Of a DNA stretch of 64,000 nucleotides, positions 1 through 12,730 are shown in pieces. Where the stretch lies: NCBI GenBank assembly GCA_965644295.1, contig CBFFRP010000363.1:634950-698949 (forward strand). Reading direction: 5' to 3'. The position numbers and the translations under genes are program-made. The notes under the pieces are model-generated. The model made no database searches. It was not told where the DNA came from and was given only the letters and a program-made list of their open reading frames with translations. Source of the DNA: Paraphysomonas bandaiensis (taxonomy: Eukaryota; Protista; Chrysophyceae). Every line of letters begins with the position of its first letter. Position 1 is the stretch's first letter.

Positions 1-158
1 GGCATCGTTAAACCAAAGGTGTACACACCAAATCTATATGTTCTGGAGTGCGTATGAGTGCATTATTTGGTGGCTGGAATGATGCATGTACTTATTATTG
101 CAGTTTTATCTTTGTATATCCATTCCAAGTCTATTTTCTGACCGGCATATTTTCACAG

Positions 159-935
159 AAGAAGAATCGCAAGAAACAGTCTAAGGAAGCGGCACCAGTT
201 TCTATTTCTCTTGAAAGCGAAAGTGACTCCGATACAGGTGATATGTTGAAGTGTAAAAAAACCACGTACAATGTCTTGACCTTAGGTATAGAATGCGTAA
301 ACGGTTGTGATACGCCTAGCTCCGCAACATCAAACAGTCAGGATATATCCCAAGAACCCGTCCGAAAAGGAGGTAACAAACAGGGAAAGAAAAACAAACG
401 TCTGCAAAGAGAAAAAGAAAAGAGCACACGAGCCCGAGAGCAGGTGAAAGAGCACTACAGTACACGTGTATTCTGTTTTGTTTTCTACATTTACTGGCGT
501 ATTTTTGTGGGGGTGATGGACTTTCATATCATAGGAGAGAGAGAGTCGCCTTCAGCAGCTACAAGAAGAGCAACAGCAGAACGAGCACCGTGTGGATGAG
601 AAATTGACTCAAGATAAACAGCAGGAGGCAGTTATGTCTGGTAAGATTTTTTTCTGTGCTCTACGCATGCGGTATTGTGTTTGGTATTAGGTTCGGGTGC
701 AGGCGGAAAATGCAATACTTGCGGTATCAAGTTCGATGAGCAAGCTCAGCATCGAGCTCACTACAGGTATCAAAATTTTCCAGCTTTAATCTATTGTTTT
801 TATTTTTGCTTTTACAGGAGCGAATGGCATCGATGTAACTTAAAGCGGAAACTCAAAAATCTTCCGCTTGCGAAGTCTGAAATTGAGTTTAATAGTTATC
901 CTATTGATCACTGGGAAGTTGATATTGATTCCTAG
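159..935 (+). CDS. 3' part of a multi-exon gene ending in a C2H2 zinc finger (SBDS/Rei1-type C-terminal finger); 5' end outside the window
   Basis: GT-AG introns at about 238-285, 444-534, 641-689 and 767-817. The spliced C-terminus reads CNTCGIKFDEQAQHRAHYRSEWHRCNLKRKLKNLP. This is the finger type found at the C-terminus of plant/chromalveolate SBDS and in Rei1/ZNF622. It follows a charged coiled coil. Confidence 0.65.
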
Positions 936-2605
936 CTGGATGCGTATCTGTGCTGCCGCGTTAAAAAATGAGTATATGGAGTTGGTGAATAAGTAGACTG
1001 TCGTATACACTGCATCCTTGTAGTAGAAATTATAGATCATACGTATGATTAATCAGGTGTTGTTGATACAATTAACAATAGCAGAATATGAATATATAAG
1101 AGAGTAGTGGCTGGATAATATTCAATCTTCTAACACTGATATTTAGTCCTGAATAGATTGGAATATATATTATATTAAATACATTTTGCCCTTTTTCTTA
1201 ATTGTTATGCCCCATTCCGAAAACGTGGCCATCATGTAGGTTCGCTGGTATAGCACATATGCACATATAACACCGAGATGTTGCACTGATTCTACCACCC
1301 GTGTACCAACGTAGACCTTTGCTAAGATTACGGGAGATCTAATAGCTATGAATGACTTATATATTTAATTCGCGCAGATTCTAGTAGGACCATATTTATC
1401 GTCCCTAACAACGATTGCGCGGAGCTTCTCGTGACCAGCATGACTCAGTATAGGCCTAGCGCGACATTAGCCGGGCACCCCTCCTATCCTAGAATGTGCG
1501 GGGTTTCTCGAAACCCCTTATAGGCAATGCAAGTATAGTGTAGATTGTAGATCTAGCTAGAGCTTACTTGGTACCGACACACAAAGAATACACTGAGATT
1601 TAATTAACAATCTACACATTACTTAGCTTAATCAACACTAGCACTTTACTAGGGCACGCCCTCGGAATGGGGATGTTATATATATATTTATCGGATTGCA
1701 ACCCCCCCCCGAAAGTATTCCGTGTTGGGGTGAATCTATAGTAAAGCCAGAATCAGTGAAACCAGTGGAATAGTGTTGACATACTGTATTCCTTCATTCA
1801 GTTCTCTTTAGTTTGTCCTAATCGTAACCTAAGTGTTACATAAAAATGAGGCCTCGCCTCCCGTCTCGCTCTCCTAGTTTTATTCACCGTTCTCTCGCTC
1901 TCAGCATTATATCGGTATGCATACTACTTACTAGATATCAGATTTCATATCTTTGTGTACTATACCTGTTCTCACACTTCAGTTCAATGTAGAGATTAGT
2001 AGCAGTCAATGTTTCAATGAGAGTTGTGGTATTTGTATGATGACCTACTGTGGTGCCACCTCGACTCTGATTGAAAGTGCTGCTTTGGCTCTAAAGGTTG
2101 TAGTAAGGCTGTATTGCCGTATAAGCTGCAAGCACGGCTTATAAATACTATTCGTCAACTACAAGAGCACTTGAAAATAAAGTTACTAACAAGAATATCT
2201 TACCGGCTCATAGACTGGACCAGGAGTCAGTGTTGCACGATGTGAATCGTCCATTCCAGGATTAAAATATTCATAGCGTAACTCTTCCTATTCTGAGTTA
2301 TAGGAGAATATTGCATAGATGAATCTGTACGCCGTTAAAAGCGAGCCGGAGAGCACCAATCCCAGGCCAGATGGGCCATGGCCATGGATTGCATGCGCAT
2401 GCATCCCTCACTGCCTGTTAAGATCCACGCTCTGCATATATGCACTGAGAGCAGAATACCTAGAATACCTCACCGTATTAGATCGTATACAGCAGTGTAT
2501 ACCGTATACCGTATACACTTGTATTACTTCTCTCATCTAACGTAGAGTGCATATATATCCACGTGTAGAGGACTTGTTCGCCTCGCTCTGTCTGGTGTTC
2601 TACTC

Positions 2606-3646
2606 ATGGTTAGTCCAGGGTACTCCAGTATGACACGTTTATATCTTCCTCTAGTACTGGCATACATCGTCCAGTTGTCGGCTGTGTCAGGAGTGTCGCC
2701 CATTAAAGTGTGGATAGACTGTGACCCGTCCATAGGTGTGCATGATGTGGATGATGGGTTCGCTCTCTGGCAGGCAACACTGTCAGCGAACATCGATGTT
2801 GTCGGCGTGAGTACCGTATTCGGTAATGCACCTCTACTGGTAACGCGAGATGTGGCTGAGAGGGTTGTCAGGGGCTTGTTTTTGAACTCATCACTTGTGG
2901 TTCGATCAGGTGCATCGAGCGATACTGAGCTCGGATTAATCTCTGACGCTTCTAAAGCTTTGTCTGATGTGTTAGCTACACAAAGGCTAACTATAGTTTC
3001 CCTAGGACCCCTGACTAACATAGCCACAGTTGTATTGCGAAACGCCTCTGTGGTACACAATATAGACCGAATCGTTTCTGTGGCGGGCCGACGCGAAGGA
3101 CAATCTTTTATTGTTGGAAGTGGTACGAAGCCGATCCGTGACCTAAACTTTGAAATGGATGTAGAATCCTATCGTGTTATTCTGAACACTGAAATCCCAC
3201 TAACTCTGGTTCCATACGAAGTATCTTCTACAGTGTGGGTGCGGCGTGAGCATCTCACACGGATATCTGATGCCTCCAGGGGGCACATTGGTGTGCAGTG
3301 GTTAGTAACATCTTCCTTGCTGTGGATTGACTGGTGGCAACAGTCGTTTCAAGTTGAGGCTTTCAACCCTTTTGATTCTCTCGCTGTGGGGTTTGTGTCT
3401 GATCCAGCATTGTTCTCGTGTGAGCAATCATATGCTGAGATCCGTTATATATTCTCTGAAGATACCCCACAACTGATAGCGCGAAGAACCGCGCCGAGTG
3501 CGAATGGTAAACCAGTGCAGTATTGCTACGCCGTACACAGTAATTTCACAACGAACCTCCTAAGTTTGTTTGTTGAAGGGGCTGTGGCTATATCTTCCTC
3601 GGAACATCATAGTTATACTTCATTATTTAAAACTTTTGGTGATTAG
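2606..3646 (+). CDS. Inosine/uridine-preferring nucleoside hydrolase family protein, intronless, with predicted signal peptide
   Basis: Asp cluster IDCDPSIGVHDVDD, STVFGNA, LGPLTNIA, DLNFEMD and NPFDSLA. Hydrophobic N-terminus from Met at 2630 (MTRLYLPLVLAYIVQLSAVSG). Confidence 0.9.
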   Translation: MVSPGYSSMTRLYLPLVLAYIVQLSAVSGVSPIKVWIDCDPSIGVHDVDDGFALWQATLSANIDVVGVSTVFGNAPLLVTRDVAERVVRGLFLNSSLVVRSGASSDTELGLISDASKALSDVLATQRLTIVSLGPLTNIATVVLRNASVVHNIDRIVSVAGRREGQSFIVGSGTKPIRDLNFEMDVESYRVILNTEIPLTLVPYEVSSTVWVRREHLTRISDASRGHIGVQWLVTSSLLWIDWWQQSFQVEAFNPFDSLAVGFVSDPALFSCEQSYAEIRYIFSEDTPQLIARRTAPSANGKPVQYCYAVHSNFTTNLLSLFVEGAVAISSSEHHSYTSLFKTFGD

Positions 3647-4509
3647 TTAGAATGTATATTATGAATTTTTAATGGAAAATATTTATAATTTATGTTGATA
3701 TCTTGACGTCAGAGATGACATATATTCGCTACTGCGATTACGAGGGTGCGAATAATATATTTACACAATTGTGAAACCTATTAGATTAGGTATTATATAA
3801 TATATGTAGTGCTTGCTAATGAAAGTAGTATTTGTTCATGTTGTAACCATAGCGTTGTACTATATAGAGCTCATGTAGCAAGTACGGAGTAAAAGTTTCC
3901 TTCGAGGGAAGAGACAGCAAGTACGGAAGTAACCCTTACGCTACTAAAGTTTCATTAGTTTCTACTAAAATAAATAGTGCCGATAGTTCCTACTAAGTAT
4001 TGTAGAAAAGGCAGTATCAATCTTTTCCAGCCGCTTTATGCTTCAGCCAAGCAAATGATTCAAGATCGTCACCGTTACGTTACCACACCCAAGGGGCCAC
4101 ATATAGACTCCCCCCCAGAACACGTCAGAAACGTAGCAACGCACGATTAATAGAAACACACGACGGAAACTGATGATTTTTTGCTTACTTGGTGCAACGA
4201 GGAGACCTAGTACACCCCACACGTCAACTTCTCCCACAACCCCTGCACAAGTGGAAATGTCAAGGCGCCGAATCCGCCAGCTATTCCTTCGCCCCAAGCC
4301 CACCTGGCATCCCGCACCATCTCCAGACACGCCGGAGCCCCAATATACCTCCTCGCCCATGTTCATCAGGCTAGGAACACTCGACTCACTAATTCAGAAT
4401 CCTGTGCCTCCCCAAACTATAGAGCCTTACCCCAAGGAACACCTTCCTTACCAAACCCATCTACACCAAGGACTCACGTTCATATGGATCTTCTCCCACA
4501 CATTAAAGA

Positions 4510-4680
4510 ACGCAAGTGCTTGCAGCAACGCACAAGCAGCTTTCGTAGCGGTACGTAGTAGGATACGAGAATTTGTATTCGTTAGTTACAGCTAGATGTC
4601 TATCTAGCATGACTAGTTTTCATTTAGCTACTTATCTGGTGCTGATTCTTACGCCTATTGCTTGTAACAAGACTTTAACA
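4510..4680. repeat. Dispersed repeat family X, copy 1
   Basis: Shares acgcacaagca.ct.tcgtagcg and gtagtaggata with 57890-58045. Shares agctacttatctggtgctgattct..acgcctattgct..aagacttt with 46515-46572. Confidence 0.7.
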
Positions 4681-5350
4681 CTCGACTTATGACATTAAGG
4701 TTGAAACGTGGTTTTTATTGAGGTTGTTTATCTGTTTTGTCTTCGTTCTATTGCTTTTTTTCTTAATCAACTTCTTTCTATTTACCTTTGGGTGTGGAGA
4801 GCTGCTTCTACCTTCCGCTTTCTTAATATTTTGACTTCATACCGAGCTTACTACACATACTCCTTGGTACAAAGTTAATTGTTCTCATACTGTATATGTA
4901 GTTCTCTGATTACTGATTAGTAGTAAGTGACCAGTCATATATGCTAATACTGTGCTGTGGATAAAGTTGTCTTGTGCACCAAATTGGGATCAGATTACAT
5001 ATGGTTTCAGTATTTTGATTATTATGCACCTCTACGACTGGTAAAAAAGTACTCCACCATTCAAAAAGTGACTGGCGACAGACTTAATTCATGGTAGATA
5101 TATTTAATCTTTCCAAGGCTGAACAACCACAATTGATACACTGGCCGCTGCTACACCATAATATGGGCAAAGCATAACAACACTTAATCACATATATTTG
5201 CTACATCTAGCTCACACTAACATCGTATACTCAAAAATCATAAAGAACCTATTCTCCCTGCGCTGCACTTAGTAGGGCACAATCCTCTCTGTTGATGCAC
5301 ATTCTGTGAGAGCACGTCATACAATCTACTGTGCACCGTATCAAGTTTGG

Positions 5351-7046
5351 TTATGTCGTCACGCGATAATCTTGAACCCTTGGCCACAGAGTCTTCCAGT
5401 AGTACCATACAGTCTACTCAAACACGTAAAGATGAGATCAAACATTTATAGTTCGTATTGTACCCACCGAGTGTGGCCACAAGGAATAAACGAATCCACT
5501 GTTTGTTACGGATCCGTCGGGCTGCTTCACCGGCCAGCGGTACCAGGAGCTACAACCGTCCCACACCTTTCCCACAAGCCCTCTCTCGATAACATTTGAA
5601 TGATATTCCTTAACAACATCATCCTTTACTTGCAAATACCGAAAATTATGCTTGTTCTGAAGCCTCATCAGCTTCAATATGTAGTTCACTTGGCATTCAA
5701 TCATGAAAATGATGGAATTATGACCGAGATTAGAGTTCGGCCCATAGAGAAAAAATAGATTCGGAAATTGCGGCGCAGTAATTCCCAGAAGAGTACAAGG
5801 ACCATCTTTCATCCATGCACTGAGTGTATAACCGTTTATACCGACAACATCGAATGCATATTTAGGTGGCGCATTAGCACGTGTCACCTGAAAACCTGTT
5901 GCATATATGATAGCATCAAGATCAATGATTCGATCAGAACTTTTGTCACACTCGACTGATGATATCGCAGAATCTGAATGAATTGATTCCAAATTTTCCG
6001 GAGTAGAGCGAATGGATATACCTCGTTCACATACACCAGTGATGCGGTCAGTTACAACGTGGACGTTGCTGCGACAGAGAGCGGGATACCAAAAGGATGA
6101 AAACAGCATTCGTTTACATCCACACACCAAAGTAGGGGTGACCTTGCGCTGTAAATCTTTATCCTTTATAACACTCTTTAGGTACCGGATGGAGTCCACT
6201 TGCATCCACCAATTAAAAAAAGAGCCTACATAGAGTCCACCAAACCGTATCTCTGTGGCGATATACACGATGTACCGCAGTAAACGCATGGTGAACGGAA
6301 AAAGGCGAAATACTTCCTTCACAACATTGGGAAAACAAAAATCTGTTTTATAAAATATCCATGGCGCAGTGCGTTGAAATACATAAAGTTCTTTTACTAT
6401 TTTCGCTATCTCTGGAACAATTTGAATCGCAGATGCCCCACTTCCAACAATACCAACGCGTTTATTAGCAAGCGACACACGGTGATCCCATTTTGCTGCG
6501 TGAAAGGAGTCACCCTGGAAGACAGTAGATCCATCAATATTAGAGAGGCCTTTGAGGGTCGGATACTGAGGTACATGCAAGGAACTACATCAGAGTTAGC
6601 ACTCCATTGTCAGAAACGAGTAGACATTACCCATTCGCCATCACTATAAAGTCTGTCTTTACTTCTGTTACACCCAGAGGACCATGCAACTCCACCCGCC
6701 ATGTTGCTGTGTCATTATTCCACTGAGCACCCTGAACCTTAGTATTTAGTTGAATATGCTTCTGGAGTCCGTACTTCTCAACCACGTGACCCAGATATCC
6801 CAATATCTGATGTTGCTTTGCCCAAAAACGATCCCAGTTGGGATAAAGCTCAAAAGAATAGGAATACAGCACTGAAGGCACGTCACAACCGCAGTCAGGA
6901 TACGTGTTATCGTACCATGTGCCCCCATAGCTCATAGACTTCTCGTATATAGTGAAGTTCAACACGCCCGCCTGCAAGAGCTTCACACCCATCGCTATAC
7001 CACTGAACCCGCAACCAACTATGCTGATACTCTTTGACGTGTCCAT
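5351..7046 (-). CDS. Baeyer-Villiger / flavin-binding monooxygenase (3 exons: 7046-6631, 6584-5468, 5413-5351)
   Basis: Rossmann motifs IVGCGFSG and IVGSGASA, GGTWYDNTYP, the type I BVMO fingerprint FQGDSFHAAKWD, and ATGF. GT-AG introns at 6630-6585 and 5467-5414 restore the frame to ...WPHSTVWYYWKTLWPRVQDYRVTT*. Confidence 0.93.
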
Positions 7047-9212
7047 GGCGGGTGAGTGCGTGAGATGGGTGAGTGTTGTACGATACTTTGAGGTGCTCAG
7101 CAGATGTCTACAGCAGCCGCATAGTCACCCAGATATGACGATATACCACATCAAATACGTATGTATTTCTTCATTACTGTATCCATATCCATATCCAAGA
7201 ACAGGGTATACCGCAGTATACTGCTGTATACCAAACAACAGCAGTACAAGTTAAGTTTATACAGTACATATACAGCACTGTACTCTGATCCGCAACTAGA
7301 TATCTGCCTATAGATACACTGTGGCTCCGAAGATGATAATGGTGCCGCTGCCCTTTGAACAGAGGCCCGAATTATGTCCCTGAATTCATTACAATGAGCG
7401 GAGAGGGCGGAGTATATACATATGTATGTATATGTGGGTGGATATGAGCACACAGAGTCATACAGAGGGACACTTACTGCAGCTCAGGTTCGGGGAACGT
7501 TGCATATTGATTACAGTGACGTCAACATTCTGCACAGTGAAACAGGTGTGATGTTAGCTCCGAAGAGCTCATCTTCAGTGACAGTGTCGCAATTACAGTG
7601 AGCTTATCCCATTAGAGCATGACGGCCACTATGAGCTCGAGGTTGCATAATATGGTCTATATTTGTCTATATATCTTCTTTTTTTCTGGTGTCTTCATGA
7701 CGATGTCATCTGCGGCGGAATTGTTATTCAAGTTGCTCGCCGACAATGTATCAATTTATTATTATTAAGTTCTGTTTTCCACACACCATACATGTCTTAT
7801 CATTCATTATTTTTGACTTCATTAAAGCTTTGAGCGTAACCTAGCGTTTAATGCTTTTTCTTGGGTAACCGCTTTACAAAATTACCCATAACCCCTACTC
7901 AGCAGGTTATAGCAAGCAAAGCAAGATTAGTAGAGTAATACCGTTTTTTACCCGAATACCTATTAGCCAAACCTTCTAAAAACGCTCTAATAATATAACA
8001 CAAGTGATAGTTCCACAGATACTACTGCTTGATCGACAGAAGTACCTCAAGAACTTCATATCTCTGCCGGATCGAACTCGAGTAACGGCCTAAGAATAGG
8101 GCAAATCCTACGCCAGTTGCTGCAAAAGAGACCAAAAGGAACACACGATCAGACCCAACTCTGCGAAGCAGAGTGCGCACCCATGCTCCTCAGTGTCCTC
8201 ACAGTGCTATTGCACGTAACCGTAATGACATCTTTCACACAAAACGTCACGAAGTATTCCTGTACTTCAGGTTTTAACAACTGTAATCTTCATGTAACCG
8301 TCGTAACTCTAGTACGTAATAATACAGATTTTAATTGTTACATATATGCAAAACTCAACATAGTGTATAAGAATGTCTGATTATTACATCAGAACGATTG
8401 TATCTGGAATCTAGGTTTACATCTATAGACTTACTGACTTGATTTTCTATAATATTGTACAAGTGTTGGGTCAACTGTCTCGGAATTACTTGTGCATCGC
8501 TGTGAGCACCATGGTGCAACCGTCCCTTGTAGTGAGGTTAGTCAGGGGGTCTACCTTTTGGCAATGTGTCCGGTTAGGTGAGGAGTGGATGGGGCGATAT
8601 GTAGGTGAGAGTGTATGTTGGTGGCGGAGATGGTGCTGCTTGTCGTGGTGGGGTGCAAGGATGAGTTGTTTCCGGAGTGGGTGAGCTTGCTTCTGTCGGG
8701 TTCGTGTGGAGGGTGGAGTTCTGGAGGTGGTCGTCGCCTGAAGTAGCTGGATTATTTTTGGTGTTGGGTTAGTATCCTGGGATTTGTGTTGCTGTGAGTG
8801 CGCCGGGGTCGTGATCGGTGTTGCTGTTGTTGTGGCTGTGTTGTGGTGCCTGAGTCCCCTATTTCGGAGCATTCGGTCCGTTATAGAAGGGAAGTAGGAT
8901 AGAGTGAGGGATTTTTCTAGAGTGTGGGACTGATGTTTGAGCAGTGAGGTGGATATGTTGCGCCCGAATGCATCGGCCAATTGTGTGTCAGTGATGTGAC
9001 TCAACCTGTGGGGCGTTTGGATGCCATGCTGCTTTTGCTAGTTTGGTGATGGCAGTGTAAAACCATGGGTGAGGGTACGTTTGCTTGCGAATTTTGTCAA
9101 GCTTATTGTGGTGTACTTGGAAGACGTCTCCACGTATATGAATGATGTCAGGATGAGTGTGGGTGAGAAGATGTGCGCGGTATTGTCTGTTTGGTGTGCT
9201 CAGTCTGTGTAT

Positions 9213-9409
9213 CTCAGGATCTGTCAAGACATCAAATGCCTCAGCTATCTCTTGAAATTTAGCTTGTGCTACGTCTTGATTATCTGGGTTCTTATCTGTT
9301 AATATGAGTCAAAAATGTATAAGTCATATGGGAGTGTATAACTCTTACCTGGGTGCCATTTTAAGGCCAGTTTCTTATAAGCTTTCTTGATCTCTGCCTC
9401 AGTGGCAGA
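9213..9409 (-). pseudogene. Truncated DnaJ/Hsp40 J-domain fragment with one intron
   Basis: Spliced over the GT-AG intron 9348-9296 it reads [48 protein letters not shown]. Helix I is missing and no acceptor or ATG lies upstream. It runs into unrelated C/A-rich sequence. Confidence 0.85.
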
Positions 9410-9649
9410 GATAATGAGATTATTAGTGGTTATGTATATTTGACAGTGCTCGGACTTTGTAAATTTGAGCTCGGTATAGATGCGTCTCCAGCAATCTCGA
9501 ATACGGACAGCAAGAGTGCTATTGAACTAGCTCAGAACCCAGTTAATCATAAACGCTCCAAGCACATTAGAATCATACTATTCAGACTCGCTTGCTGCAG
9601 TGCATTTTGATATGTTCATTGAGTGGGAGTATGAAGCATCAAGTACGTA

Positions 9650-11160
9650 CGTAGGAGTTGGTAGTAGCTTAATAATATTATAGCTATTCGAAAGTTCCAC
9701 GGCTTATTCGTTTCACCTTCCTGACTTCAATAAGCCAATTTTTTGCATCAGATAAGCAATAAGCATTTCGTGAAATAGATGAAGTCCTTGGAAGGGCTGT
9801 TGGTTTTGAGGAGAATGAAGCCTGTGGTGAAGTCAACAGTCACTATAGTTCAATAACTCGTATATTAGCTACTGTTGCGTGACACATCACTGCTGTTTTA
9901 CCATTGAATAACATGCTGTGATTGGAAAACATTGCACACAGAAATTACACTTATCTCTCATCAAAATGAGGTACATCATAATATATCAAGGGATATGCGC
10001 ATCTTTGAATTCCTTGTAGTTGTATCTGGGATAAGGTGCAAATTATAAGAACTCACTGCAATCTCACAGAAGAGTTGTGAATGACTGGTACCCCATGAAG
10101 GATCGAGTAACATCTAGAGTTCAGAGGAAATATCGAAGTTCATAGGTGATGATCGGCCTTGGCCTACATCGTATTCTTCCAAAATGAGTTTGCCTAACTT
10201 TTTCAGTCGTCCGTGTTCCTTTTTATATGGGATTTCAGGATATAGTAAACTCAATCATTATCTAAGAACCCATGTTATATATATATATATATTTGATGAG
10301 ATGTATCGAAAATTCCTCCCCATAAAAATTTTTCAGTCATTTTATGATGTCTTCTGTTGATACTTGAGCTATGTCCAGCCATGCAGTCACAGGTTTCTCC
10401 CAGTTGTGCTTTTGCTTGACTCGAATTGTTGTTTAAACAATGTCAATATGAAATTAATTCCAACCTTCGGAATTAAAAATCACATAGTCCTGTTTTCGGC
10501 ATTATTTCCAGATATAGGACGGACTCTGCTAAAAGAACGTTTTGTTAAAAAGTCTGTATGTTCCTCCCTGTCAGGAAGGAGATAGGTTCTGTTTTGTCTA
10601 TCCATATTAAAGAGTGCAGAGGCTTACTTCTCCTCTGTTCTAATATTTCAGGGTACGAATGCGGTTACTACACTAAAAGGATACAGGTATTATTATATCG
10701 TTCTTCTAATTTTGTAGTTGTAGAAACTATAACCTCTTTCTGACTTTGTGATGTTTTTCCGAAAGTGCTTGTGCATTGCTCAGCAGGATGCATTCTATGA
10801 ATGGGCATGTAGTTGTAGAGGTAACTTGCAGTCTGTGTAGGACCTTAGGGATACATTATTTAGATCGTCGAGATGTGGTTTCTAAGTCAGGCGGTTTCAT
10901 GAGATTTGAGATAGCCGCAAACATTTGTAAACCATTATTGTAGAGCGACAGTAGTAAATCAGAATAGCATTTTTCGAGGGCTGGACATGCCTATTTGTCG
11001 ATGATGTGGCCAACAAACCCAGAGAAGTGATTTCACCAGGTTTCATATATGTAGGTAAGTGTCATACTCGTTTTCCATTGATGTCGCTGTGAAGACGACA
11101 ATGCTTCAGAGTAATCAGTGTAATCAAACATGTCATCTTGAGAAATGAAAGGTTCCATTC
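9650..11160 (-). mobile_element. Possible highly decayed Copia pol remnant
   Basis: Stop-ridden minus-strand patches appear in Copia order: DYSEALSSSQRHQWKTSM (RT start-like), KLILEEYDVGQGRSSPM, YSD, and LKSGR..AVELS (RNase H-like). Similarity is weak. Confidence 0.35.
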
Positions 11161-11683
11161 ATCTACTATAAGCATGGTGCTCAAGACATTACCGACTACA
11201 CGATGAAGGGTTTTATTAAACCAATACAGGGTTCAAGACCCTCAGGTGGTACCAGCAAGAAATCTAATACTGGATACTGGCAACTGGAAACAGGTTACCG
11301 TCTTCAAATTTAGTCTCAAATTCACCACCCAGGTGTGATCAGCCTGTGATTGACAGCAAATCTAACAGTATTCTTGTATTTTCAGTGGGCTTATTAATGA
11401 TATTTTTGACGAACTCTACCCAATCCAAACTTTCCTAAATTGATAGGACTCTTACCAACCCACTAGCTGAACGCTATATTAAGTTTTGTTGTTTGTGCTA
11501 GAAAAACTGAAATACCTTGACAGTATTTCATTGATTTTTCGAGTGTGCATTGCTATAAGTTCAGTTTCTTACTTCTAGTTACACCAGTGTACCTCTCGTG
11601 GAGCTTCCTGAAGAGCGTAGTGTGGGGCCTAGGCCATCATCTTAGCATCTATTTTCCATCTTCATTCTTCATAGCCATAAAAG

Positions 11684-12463
11684 CAGGGATAGGGAACAAT
11701 ATATTGTATTGCAATACATTGTACAATATATTGCAATATATTGTAAAATATATTGATTGGTAGACTGGTCAAATATTCCATCAATAGTGTTTCTGCTAAA
11801 AGAGCTCACAATACTATTGCAATATATTGCAATCAATATTATGATAGTCATATAAGAGAAGATTCTCAACTGTAGGGTGCAAAATGGATATAAATAACCG
11901 AGAAATTGATTACAACATTACAAAGGATAATGAAGCTGATGTTGACTATGCGACTAAAAATCTTCAGTCAGCTCAAAAAATTAAGAAACGTACAGATGTA
12001 CAGATCCACGAGTCATTAACGGTTGCCTGGCCTTGGTATGTACTTCCAATACATGGGAACGTCTGTTCAGCACAGCTAAACATATTATATCAGTGTTGCG
12101 CAAAAGTATCCATCCTACTTAATATGCTGTTGTTTTAGAAAGCTCTTCGACAGTTATGGCCGGATACTAGCATATTTCAGTTAATTCTGTGGATGAATAT
12201 GGTGATGTTGACCTCACCGATGATGGCTCAGAGGATGAGGACGAAGTTGGTTTGGTTGTCATGTGATCTTAATGACTAATACTAAAAATGAAATCTACGG
12301 ATGTGTTTACCTACTGATTAGTCAAACTAATATATCGCAATACATTGACAATATATTGCAATATATTGTAATTGTATTGTAGGACCGGTTTAAAAAATCC
12401 ATCAATACTATTGATGGAACGCTATCTAACAATAGTATTGCAATATATTGTTCCCTATCCCTG
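11684..12463. mobile_element. Non-autonomous hAT DNA transposon (780 bp)
   Basis: Perfect 23-bp TIR cagggatagggaacaatatattg and an 8-bp TSD cataaaag (11676-11683, 12464-12471). Many subterminal caatatattg/tattgcaata motifs. Confidence 0.92.
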
Positions 12464-12730
12464 CATAAAAGTATCCCAACTTAAGGCCCTATACAAAATT
12501 GACTTCGATTTCATTCTAACTGATATTGTGCAGTGATAAGAAACATCTACATACATGGGGTTACTGTTCGGTGTCGTAATATTTCATGGCATATGTTGCG
12601 CTATTTTTGTGCATGTCAGCACCAAAATGGTACATTACCTCAAGTATTGCATTTTCTGAATTACTCTTATTCTAACTCTAACAATGCAGCAATTTACTTT
12701 GTTACAAATTTGAAGTGTACATGTGATTTG

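Noticed and set aside
1290-1740. Hairpin ggggtttctcgaaacccc and LTR-like composition
   Set aside because: No second copy, TSD or RNA-family signature is visible in the window.
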